A stretch of 33,580 nt of DNA from Guillardia theta CCMP2712 (lineage: Eukaryota; Protista; Cryptophyta), in assembly GCF_000315625.1 (NCBI RefSeq), contig NW_005434655.1, forward strand, positions 1 through 33,580. Reading direction: 5' to 3'. Below the pieces are notes generated by a model. The model made no database searches and had not been told where the DNA came from. It saw nothing but the letters and a program-made list of their open reading frames with translations. Both the position numbers and the translations under genes were made by a program. Positions 6,918 through 16,949 of this stretch are shown here, one piece after another (the stretch's first letter is position 1; every line of letters begins with the position of its first letter).

Positions 6918-9223
6918 ATGAAGCACGCAAAAGGTTTGAGGCGCACAACTGTCTCTGCAGGCCTTGTGCTTCTTCTCAGCTATCAGCTTTCTTGTGGCTC
7001 AACCGAATCCAGATGTCCAAAGCATATAGTCAAAGATGGCTTCGGAAACTGCAAGATTTTGAGGCTTCAACTGAGAGGTGGTAAGTCTGAAGACCATACT
7101 GCGAATGCAGAAAATTTCAACACCTCGTGGAAAACCACGATCAATCAAAACAGCAATCTTCCTGTCGACATCATGAATTCTCCGTTGGCGACAGAAGAGG
7201 AGCGAGAGTTCCTTGAAAATTACGAGAGGGAGACCAATGTTAGTGAGGTTGGGGAACTTGACGACACAGGTTACAAATGGAGTATTTTAAAACCTGGCAG
7301 CGGGCATTTTCCCTATCCTCGTGTTCCTCTGCGATATCTTTACAATGAGACTCTAGCGAATCGCGATCCATATATACAGGCTCTCAAGAGAAGTAATGTT
7401 TCTGCGAATGAGAACCTTTGGATGCCTGACATGTTGCCAAAAGAGCATGATGATACATTGGACGGCTTCATTGACTATTACAATGATCCAAGCTCTGAAG
7501 ACAAAGATTCGCGCTATCCTGACTTGACTAGACTTGATGTTTGCCCGGAGGTTCCTCAAGATCCCGAAATATTCGAGTTTCCTGTCTACACAAGAACCAA
7601 GCAGCATGAAGAAGCTGCCGAGGAAGGTGACTTCGCAGGAATGGTCCTTGGCTGTGGGGGAAACGATCTCGGACAGCTTGGGGTCGGAGAGGGTCAGCCT
7701 GGCGAACCAGCACATGGTAGCATTCCCGAGCACGCACGAGGAGCTGATTTTGGCTATGACGCTCGAGGATTCCCCATTGATCATGCCGGCGACGAGCACT
7801 ACGGCTCTAACACAGTCCCAGTTGCTCTCGACCGTCTTCGACATGTAGCGATCAAGTTCTTGCGGTGTGGATGGAACCACGCATTTGCACTTGCAGAGGA
7901 AAAGGATGGTCAGCAAACTCTATATGGGTGGGGATGCAACATCTACCGGCAAGTAGGTATCGACACAGATGTTCCGATCGATGCCCCGCATCAAATTCAC
8001 CTTGAACGGGTGAATCAGAATATCAAAGACATTGCTTGTGGCGTCTGCCATTCGCTTGTTCTCTGCAACGATGGATCTGTTTTCTCCTTTGGAGGGAATG
8101 TGCATGGACAACTTGGTCTTGATATTCCCTTGGAAAGAAAAATTTTCAAACCTCAACGAGTTTGCTTGCCAGGGAAATGTGTTTCAATTGCTTGTGGTGA
8201 TTTTCATTCAATGTTCTTGCTGGAGGAAGGAGGTAAGAGATCCTTGTATTCTGAACTCATGACTGATGTTGTGGTAGATCTCTTCGCTTGCGGCTTGAAT
8301 TGTTGTGGTCAGTTGGGAATAGGAGACTCGTGTGAAAACGTCTCGCGTCCTCTCCCTGTGGAAGCTTTTGATGGTGTAGGGGTGCGAGAAGTGGGTTGCG
8401 GCGGGGAGCATACAATAGTTGTGGATCGCAACGAGGGGGTTTGGGCTTTTGGTAGTAATTGCTTTGGTCAGCTTGGATGCCTCAAGCATCCCTCAACATT
8501 TCACCCTCCTGAAAGCTGCAAGGAGACTGAACCGGTGAAAACTTGCTTCTCGTTGCTAGACGGGTTTTGATTCTTCGTGGACAAATTTTCAGATTGAAAT
8601 GGTATTCAGACCCGACAAACCCGCTGTACGAGTTTCAAAGATAATCTGTGGAGTTCAACACACGATCCTCTTGTTTGAAGATGGTGAGCTGTGGGGATGC
8701 GGGAGAAATACCTTCGGAGCTGTGAGTAAGAAATCCAATCATTGTGGTATGATGCTTGAGTGTAGCTGGGGCTGACCCATGAGGCGATGGCTTACCACCT
8801 GACACCGATCACGCCATGGTGGAAGCAGTTTCACAACTTCAGTCGAGTTCTTGAGGTACCAGGACAAAAACTCGTGAGGTGCTCAACTTTTTCAGGTGGC
8901 ATGTGGATTCGATTTCACTATTGCAGCCTTGGACAACGGCGATGTGGTGAGGGAGATATTTTTTCATCCTCCTTAAGCTTCCTGAGGCGTAACAGGTTGC
9001 TTGCGGCATGAATGATAGAGGACAGTTGGGATTGGGCAACTGGATACGGCCAACTGGTGAACTTGGAACGGAGAATTTTGATGAAATCATGACGTTCGCT
9101 ACTGCAGAACCAGTACCGATACCTGCATACTGCCAGCGAGGCTTTCACATCGCATGCATGATGGAGACTAGCTTTGCCTATAGCAGCTCTTACAAAGCAC
9201 ACGCCTCCGAAGAGTTTGTATAG
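6918..9223 (+). CDS. RCC1-repeat beta-propeller protein with N-terminal signal-like peptide; multi-exon
   Basis: Repeated GxNxxGQLG and CGxxHS/T motifs. Exons join in frame across short GT-AG introns (approx. 8233-8277, 8535-8592, 8722-8765, 8856-8896, 8947-8995). Ends EEFV-stop at 9223. Confidence 0.85.
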
Positions 9224-11454
9224 TTTAAATGATGATGCTTCACAACTTCACAAACTTCTCCGTCCCGCGCACGTGCTCGACAAGCTCAAAAACCACGCGA
9301 AGGCCCAGCAGTCACGTCATCATTATGTCTAGTAGAAGGACACGACGGTGCTTGGGTAAGCATAGGGATAGTAATCTGAGCGAGGATGACAAGAGGCGGA
9401 AACTCAGGGAAAACTTACATGATGTGTAGGAGTACGGGTATGAGTATCCGTAGTAGTACGGATCTAGCAAGGTCCATGTCATGCACCACTACCTCAAGAC
9501 TTGCACGTCTCACATGAATAGGGGTACGCGTACGGATAATACCCACATCCAGGATAGGTGTAGACAGTGGTATCCTCACCATCTGGCATAGACCTTAAAA
9601 CCAAAACAAGAAACGACGAGCAGACAAACCAGGGGTGGTGATGCTAGTGCCATTCACATTCACCTGCAATCAGCCAGTCATGCATTCTGTCAGTGATTTG
9701 CTTCACTTTGAGTAAAGATTTGCTAGCAAATAAGTGTTCTATGAGACTGATGAGTTATCATAAATACTGTAGCCACGCAAGGCTCCATCAGATCTATCAT
9801 CGTGGATCTAAGACAATAGATACAAGACACTGTTGACATCCATGTAAGCAGCACTCTCAATATCAGTATTGAAGTTTTATGAAGTGGCCTGTGAATGATA
9901 GAAAGAGACTAGGGTTTAGGGTTTCACGAAACTCTGGTCGATTCCTATACAAGACAAAAGATCCTCAATAATTGGCTGAAACCACCAATTGGTTCGCAAT
10001 CAAAATCAAGCAACACAGATTCTTCCCTAATTTCCCTCCATCATATTGTGTTGGGGTCGCCGAGCAAGAAAGCGTCGTGTGTCGATTCCGTAAACCATCA
10101 ACATCACTCCTAGCCTACATCGACCATCAACATCACTCCTAGCCCACATCGAATTGGTCTCATCTCATCAGTTCCTTCCTCATTGTATTCTTACACGTTC
10201 TTCTCCCATCATCACTTACAGTTGCAAGAGCAGAAGCGAGGCGAACCATTGCACCTAGATGACTCTTCGCGCACCCTCCACACCCCTCCTGCCTTCCACC
10301 ACCCGGTCATTTGGGCTAAAAATAACCCTCATTTGACCCAAGGTTGTACACCCCTTGGCTCCTTGGCGGCCCGCCGGCCGGGCCGGAAATAATCGGCGGA
10401 CCCGGACTCCGGACCGGGAGGCGGCCGCAACGCCCGGCCGGCGGAATCCGCAGCCTCCGACTTCAATACTCAGTTACTCAAAGTTACTACTTTGAGTAAA
10501 GAAGTTACTAAATGATTACGGTTCCGCATCCGACCGTACGGCACTGAGTGCCATCAGTGATGGCCTCGGTGAGTCCGTAAGCCCAGGCTACGGCCGGCCC
10601 CGGCTGGGCCGGCTGACGCCGGAGCACAACCTGGCAACTTCAAGTTTGTTAGACTTCAAGGTACCGTTGTGCCAAAGTCAGCGGCAGATATACTATCAGT
10701 AACATCGACTGTCACGGGGCCTTAGCCGAGTCAGTGTAACAAGATCGGACAGTTTTTGTTCACTGTCAAGACCGAGTTTCATTGCCAAGTTGAATGCACA
10801 CAAAACCAGAACTTACGGAATCAGTGACAGTGACTCCGATGGCGGAACCGAAGGAGCACACCATGGCATCATCACTGAGCCTGTGAGACTGAGATACTAC
10901 CGGCGTGTATGCCCCCTCTTCGTCACACGTACTACCGTGATTGCGGCACTGTCCGATCACCTCGGACTCGGAAACACGTACGGTAAGAGTCTTGGTTTAG
11001 GAGCCTGAGTTTTGTTACCGTGACTTGGCGCTATCTGACGGCCCGGCACGCCGCCGCTGGCGCCGCCGCGGGCCAGTTTCCGACACTGAGTGGCCCTCAG
11101 GCTGGGTCACTTCAGTTTTCAAGTCACTCCCGGAGGCTCGGACCCGGCTGACCGGCCCATGATTGAACGGCTGCCGCTGCCATGATGCCAGGCTATCCAC
11201 CCGATCTGACCTCGTACTTTCCAAGTTTAACTTAAGTTTGGCACTAAGTAAAAGAACGGCGGTCACTGACTCACCGGCGATCATTGCCGCCAAATTCACT
11301 GACTTGTCACAGATCGGACGGACCGTACTCAGTCTAGTTCCTCATCCGATGATCTGCAAGTCTGTCAGAACATGCTGTAAAATGCTACAAGGCTTGGTAT
11401 GCTCCCGGATGCACAGCTCCTTTTATTTCGCTTTTCACATTGCTATAATTAATT

Positions 11455-12559
11455 TTACTGAACGATGGCAGAGGCAGTTGCAGACTCGCTGGACAGCAAT
11501 TGTTAGCCAACATATCAAATGTCAAGAAGGAAGCTCACTATTTCCAGTTGGGGGGAAGCTTTCCAGCGGTTTTGTAATAACGTCCAAGCCTGTGTACACG
11601 AGATTCCTTGAAATTCTCGTTAGAATAGTACAAATAATGTACAGGTTAGGATACAATGAGAATAAGACGGAACTTGGCATCACGATCTTTTCTGTTCCTC
11701 TCCAAGTGCTTGCGCACTGAAACCGCCTTCTTGATTAAGCAATAAAGATCCTCGGGAATCTCCGGGGAGAGGCCTGCGCAGATTCATCAATGAAACAAAA
11801 CGATGGGGCGTGAATCTGTTTACCCTGAGACTTGAGAATACGGAGGATTTTGCTTCCAGTGACAGACTTGACTTGAGCAATTCCATGGGAGTCACGAAGC
11901 ATCACACCAATTTGCGAAGGGGTCATGCCCTTCTTGGCAAACTTGGTGATCTGCTCGACAACTTGGGTCGGAGAGACCTTGTTCAGCCATGAGGGGGCTG
12001 ATCTCCTGTACGGCTTGGCCGAACGGGAGATACCCTTACTGCGAATACATGGGTCAAGATCGCCAAAAATTGTAAGCAAGATAAATCATAGATTCAAGCA
12101 ACAGAAAGGGATAACTCCATCTCAACTTGTACTGAACAACCAAAACATAACTTCATCACCAATACGCTAATGAAGGCCTCATCAAAATGCTCCGGTGACA
12201 ACTGGTCACCAGTACTACATAATGACATAATCTCACATCAGCCGACATCCATTACAAGAAAGGAAGATCGCTGTAATTCCTTGCTAATATTTCAATCATA
12301 AAGTAATCCTCATCGAAATATGAGCATGAAGATCTCTCATGTTCATCATAACCATCCAGACAACCGAATGCTAAGATATGTCACAGCACCTCGCTCAACC
12401 CATATTCCTTTCGTCACTTTGTACCAGATACGTCATATGTGCACCAGATGCTGACAAGCATGTATATGTATGTAAACAATCAGAACAAGCGCTATTCTTC
12501 CATGTGCATACGTCCAGGGAGGGGGAAAAGGCATACCCTTTGCTGTGCATGCGGCCCAT
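11455..12559 (-). CDS. RPS13: 40S ribosomal protein S13 (uS15), 5 exons
   Basis: MGRMHSKG | [18 protein letters not shown]...[39 protein letters not shown] | [39 protein letters not shown] | [12 protein letters not shown]...PPNWKY | [10 protein letters not shown]. Confidence 0.97.
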
Positions 12560-13409
12560 GTTGGCGGCTGATGGTAGACGTTCGCACGAGGCCTCGAAAA
12601 AAAATAAAACGGTTTCCGTTAAACTACCCCAGAGAGAGTTAGGTCGGAGAAGGGGTGGGGGTACATGATTCACGGAGTGGTCTTGGAAAATATCTATATC
12701 GTATACACTTGATGTATGCGTTATACATGAGTCACTTTGAAGCGCCAATGATACCAAAGGGCTGGGTGGTGGGTTGCAAGCTGGGTACTTGTTAGCCTCT
12801 TTTTCAGTCTAAATGACGGGTACTCAAATAGAAACCACCGGTAGAGAAAATTGAAGTTTGAAAAATTCTTCAACCACAACTATCCCTTGCTTTGATAGAT
12901 TAATACCAGACTTATAGAATTTGCCACCTTTACCCCCATGCCTTGTCTCCTTCTCTATTCCTCCTCACACTTCTCCGCTCCTCTGTTGTAATCTAATGGA
13001 GTGGGGGTGGGGTAGGGGTAGTGCAATCAGTTACAACCTAGGCAAAAGATTTGAATTGAAGGGTGAGGGTAAGTGGATATGCATTTTTTATTATTGTTCC
13101 AATTAAGATATAACTCCAGGAGAGGGTCCACATTCTTCGATGCTTCCGCGTGCTCCTCGTGCAGCCCTCATCCCCAAGTTTTGACCCTTCCTCCCTCCCC
13201 TCATCCCCTCTGGCCGCCCCTCCCCTCATCCCCTCCCGCTCTCTTGTTGCCTCCTCCCCTCATCCCCTCCCGCCCTCCCCGCCATTCCAGTTCAAACTCT
13301 GTTGGCCCACGTCTACCCCTTCCACGCTCCCTAGCCTCCTAGCAAGAGGGCTTGCTGCCTCTCCTCCCCGCCTCTTCACCCTAGCTCGTTGTACACTGGC
13401 GACGTGAGG

Positions 13410-14507
13410 ATGGAGCCGCCTGAGGTCCGACCTGAAGATGTCATGGTGGGACAGAAGCGACCAAGATCCGAGGACGAGCTGCCGGTAGATCCCGAAGATG
13501 ACAAGGACAAGGATGAAATGGCCAAACTTAAAGCAGCGGCGGCTGCTGCTGGCTTCAAGCATTGTGAGCATCACAAGAGGCGGTCGCGCTGCAAGGAGTG
13601 TGGAGGTTCAGGGTTCTGCGAGCACAACAAGAGGAAGTCTCGTTGTAAGGAGTGCGGAGGATCCAGCTTCTGTGAACACAATAAGCGTAAATCAAGATGC
13701 AGGGAGTGCGGGGGCTCCAGTATTTGTGTGCACAAGAAGCTTCGCTCCCGTTGCCGAGAATGCGGCGGCTCTGGCGTCTGCCCCCACAGTAGACTCCGGG
13801 CGCAATGCAAGGAGTGCGGCGGTTCCAGTTTCTGTGTTCACAATAAGCGCAAGTCTCGCTGCCGCGAGTGTGGAGGTAGCAGCATTTGCGAACATAACAG
13901 GAGGAAATCGCGATGCAAGGACTGCGGGGGCTCCAGCATTTGCGAACATGGAAAGCTTCGTTCTCACTGCAAGGATTGTGGTGGATCCAGCATTTGCGAG
14001 CACAAGCGAATTCGATCTCGCTGCAAGGACTGCGGAGGAGGAGAGCTCTGCGAACACAAGAAGTTGCGGTCTCAGTGCAAGGAGTGTGGTGGCTCCAGTT
14101 TCTGTGAACACAAAAAGATCCGATCGCGTTGCAGAGAGTGTGGAGGTTCGAGCATCTGCGAGCACAACAAGCGGAGGTCGCGCTGCAAAGAATGTGCAGA
14201 GCTCAAATTCTGCGAGCACAAGAAGATCCGCACTGAATGCAAGGAGTGCGCGGCAAAGGTCGCTTCTATTCCCGTGGACCAGCAGATGGCTAACGTCGCT
14301 CCGATGGCTGTAACCGCTGCTCCTCCGGTTCCTTCCGAGGAGTCGGGCCTTCCCGAAGAGAGCGGAGCTCCTCCTCCTCCTGAGGACTCCATCAACCCAG
14401 CTCCTATACCGTCTGTGATGCCTGTGCCTCCGATAGCTGCAGATGACGTGGAGAAAGGACCTGACGCTCCTGTTACCCTCGAACCGGAGCCGCATCCCGA
14501 CGCTTGA
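13410..14507 (+). CDS. Intronless protein with 13 tandem 18-aa CxH-x6-CxxC (putative zinc-binding) repeats
   Basis: Consensus CEHNKRKSRCKECGGSSI. Basic KRPR motif near the N-terminus and a Pro/acidic C-terminus. Synonymous divergence between repeats supports coding. Confidence 0.88.
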   Translation: MEPPEVRPEDVMVGQKRPRSEDELPVDPEDDKDKDEMAKLKAAAAAAGFKHCEHHKRRSRCKECGGSGFCEHNKRKSRCKECGGSSFCEHNKRKSRCRECGGSSICVHKKLRSRCRECGGSGVCPHSRLRAQCKECGGSSFCVHNKRKSRCRECGGSSICEHNRRKSRCKDCGGSSICEHGKLRSHCKDCGGSSICEHKRIRSRCKDCGGGELCEHKKLRSQCKECGGSSFCEHKKIRSRCRECGGSSICEHNKRRSRCKECAELKFCEHKKIRTECKECAAKVASIPVDQQMANVAPMAVTAAPPVPSEESGLPEESGAPPPPEDSINPAPIPSVMPVPPIAADDVEKGPDAPVTLEPEPHPDA

Positions 14508-15104
14508 GGTTCGAGTCTCTCTTGAATTATCTACGAGCAATGACGCTTGTCAAAACATGCAGTCGTAGACTCTTAACCATGGATGCTTGTGGGAATCATT
14601 CGTTCATCACTATTCCGGGTGATTTGGAAATCATCGTTTCGGCTATACCTTAATCTTTTTGCTCACTCCTTGTTACCTGTTGAGCATCGTTTTATTGACA
14701 ATAAATTATCTTTGTAATATTTCGGTCAAAGTAAGTCAATTCTGCGCAGAATCTTGTTGGAATCTGACAATGTTGAGGAAACACCTGTGCAGAAATCAGC
14801 AGCACGTGGACGATATCCGTGTTTCAATCTTGAGCATTTGTATGGTTCAGTTCAAGTTGTACGTTGTGTGTGGAAAGTTTTGTGCAGGAAGAAAACATTT
14901 TCCTCTTCAAGAGTTGCCCGTTCACTGATGTCGTTAACTTCGAATATTTGACAAGATAATTTTCGAGATGCCTCTCTGAAACTTAAAATTCAACTCATCG
15001 CTTCTCTGCCGAAGATCTCATTTCCAGGACGATGTTCCCACGTTTGTGGACCATATTAATCCATTGGAACTTGCTGAGCAATGTTAAACCAAGCAATGAA
15101 AACA

Positions 15105-16949
15105 TTATGATTGTACCTCAAAGATCAATCCCATCAGCTCCAGACCAAATTCACATTGCCTGAAAGCATTACGGCTCTCGTCGAAGGACGCGAGCTTGTG
15201 AGCTAACGTTGCGATGCTCGTGCGAACCTTCTTGTGGCTTGAGAAACGATTCCAGTGCTGCACACTTCCTTGCAATATCCCGGCGACTATCATCTGACTG
15301 CATTCCGATGCGGAGATAGCCAATTTGGATAAGAATTCATACAAGCGCATGCACAGATCCGCATCTGCTTCATCGCTCAAGGCCTTGCAAGCGGAGACCA
15401 AAATGTCTAAGAACTCTGATGTTACTTTCTCTTGATGTACTCCTTCCATCCCTGTTTCATTTAAGATCACAACACTTTCCAAAAGATGCTGCTTGCTCTT
15501 TGCTGCTGCTTTCATCAGCTTCGTCAGTATACCCTGATTTTTGCTAAATTGAATCAACCTAGCAAATCGATTCTTGACCAAAAATGTATCAAGAAGTTTA
15601 CTGATTGATTGATCAGTTTCTTCACTTTTTCCGACATCATCCATAAATCTCTGGAAGGTTGCCAAAAAAACATTTTCCATCTGTTTGCTGTTGAAAGGTT
15701 TGTCGAGATCAGACACTTGGTTTCCTTGTGAATCGCCGAGAAGCTCACTATGTCCGTCGAGTCCTTGGAATTTCGTCTTTTTCTCAGCTCTGCCATTCGA
15801 ATCTCCATAAGCATCTTTCCTGTTTGTTTCTTCCTTCGCATTCTTTGACATCCCAAAATTGTTTGGCGTAGTCACGACAAGTTTTTCCCGTTCCGAGGAC
15901 ATCGTATCCGACTCGCCCTCCCTTTCTCGTTTTGGGTTTCTTGTTTGATCAAAGCAGACATTATCAGAAACTTTTTTTCCTTCCTGGAGATTCGACTGAC
16001 AATCCGACGAGCACCGTTGATCTACTTGTTGGTGATTGTCTACAATGCTCTCAGAAGAATTGAATCTCGAAGATGATGCTCCTGAATGTTGATTTATTGG
16101 CACTGCACATGCAGCACGTTCAGCAGAATCTTCGATTGCAAGTTCACTGCCTGATTGATAGGGGTCAACAGAGAATTCCTTGTTGCTTCTTGCTTCTTCC
16201 GCTGCCGCTCCTGGTGTGTCTTCTGCAAAGTCTTCATCTCTGCCCTCACTTTTGCCTACCCATCCTCCTCGGCCTTTGTCTTCGCCTCCCTCGCCTCCCT
16301 CGCCTCCCTCGTCTCCCTCGTCTCCCTCGTCTCCCTCGCCTCCCTCGTCTCCCTCGCCTCCCTCACCTTCCTCGCCTCCCTCGCCTCCCTCGCCTCCCTC
16401 GCCTCCCTCGCCTTCGCCTTCGCCTTCATAGCCTTCCAATACCTCTCGGCTCGTCTCCTCCAACAAATCAGCTTGAAATACCTCTGATCTCTCTACGCTC
16501 TTCAAGTGAGGAGATGTGTGGCAATCCGGACATATTTCAAATGATTTCGAAGGTTTTCCGATGAAGACGCTCAAGATTTCGTCTTTTTTCCCTTGGCGCA
16601 TGAGAGTGACTCTGATGGTATCTTTTTGCCTCCTGTCCTTCACCGCATTCCACACAAAGTGAGCTTCTTTTTTCGTTTGCACGATTACAAGGGAAGATAA
16701 CATCGTACTGAGCGATTCATCGCCTGTCTTGAAGGGTCGGGGTTTCAATTTCACGCTTCCTGCTGACACTTTGTTCTTCTCTACTAACACATAGGGTTCT
16801 GATGCGACCTTATCGGCCCGGAAGTTCCAGCACGATAGCATGTTCCTCTGTGACATGTCCTGACTAAGCCTCAGAATGTAGCGACCGCAGCTAGAGCAGG
16901 GAGAGTTTTTCTCGTAGTGAATGCGCGTGTCTGAATATGAATCGTCCAT
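15105..16949 (-). CDS. Hypothetical 614-aa protein with a Gly/Glu repeat linker and a helical (possibly ARM-like) C-terminus
   Basis: 1.8-kb uninterrupted ORF with a 9-bp repeat (EGG/EGD)n at ~16281-16428. Confidence 0.65.
   Translation of the reverse strand: MDDSYSDTRIHYEKNSPCSSCGRYILRLSQDMSQRNMLSCWNFRADKVASEPYVLVEKNKVSAGSVKLKPRPFKTGDESLSTMLSSLVIVQTKKEAHFVWNAVKDRRQKDTIRVTLMRQGKKDEILSVFIGKPSKSFEICPDCHTSPHLKSVERSEVFQADLLEETSREVLEGYEGEGEGEGGEGGEGGEGGEEGEGGEGDEGGEGDEGDEGDEGGEGGEGGEDKGRGGWVGKSEGRDEDFAEDTPGAAAEEARSNKEFSVDPYQSGSELAIEDSAERAACAVPINQHSGASSSRFNSSESIVDNHQQVDQRCSSDCQSNLQEGKKVSDNVCFDQTRNPKREREGESDTMSSEREKLVVTTPNNFGMSKNAKEETNRKDAYGDSNGRAEKKTKFQGLDGHSELLGDSQGNQVSDLDKPFNSKQMENVFLATFQRFMDDVGKSEETDQSISKLLDTFLVKNRFARLIQFSKNQGILTKLMKAAAKSKQHLLESVVILNETGMEGVHQEKVTSEFLDILVSACKALSDEADADLCMRLYEFLSKLAISASECSQMIVAGILQGSVQHWNRFSSHKKVRTSIATLAHKLASFDESRNAFRQCEFGLELMGLIFEVQS

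Noticed and set aside
13498-14540. Alternative-frame and antisense ORFs over the Cys/His repeat gene
   Set aside because: Shadows of a repetitive coding sequence.
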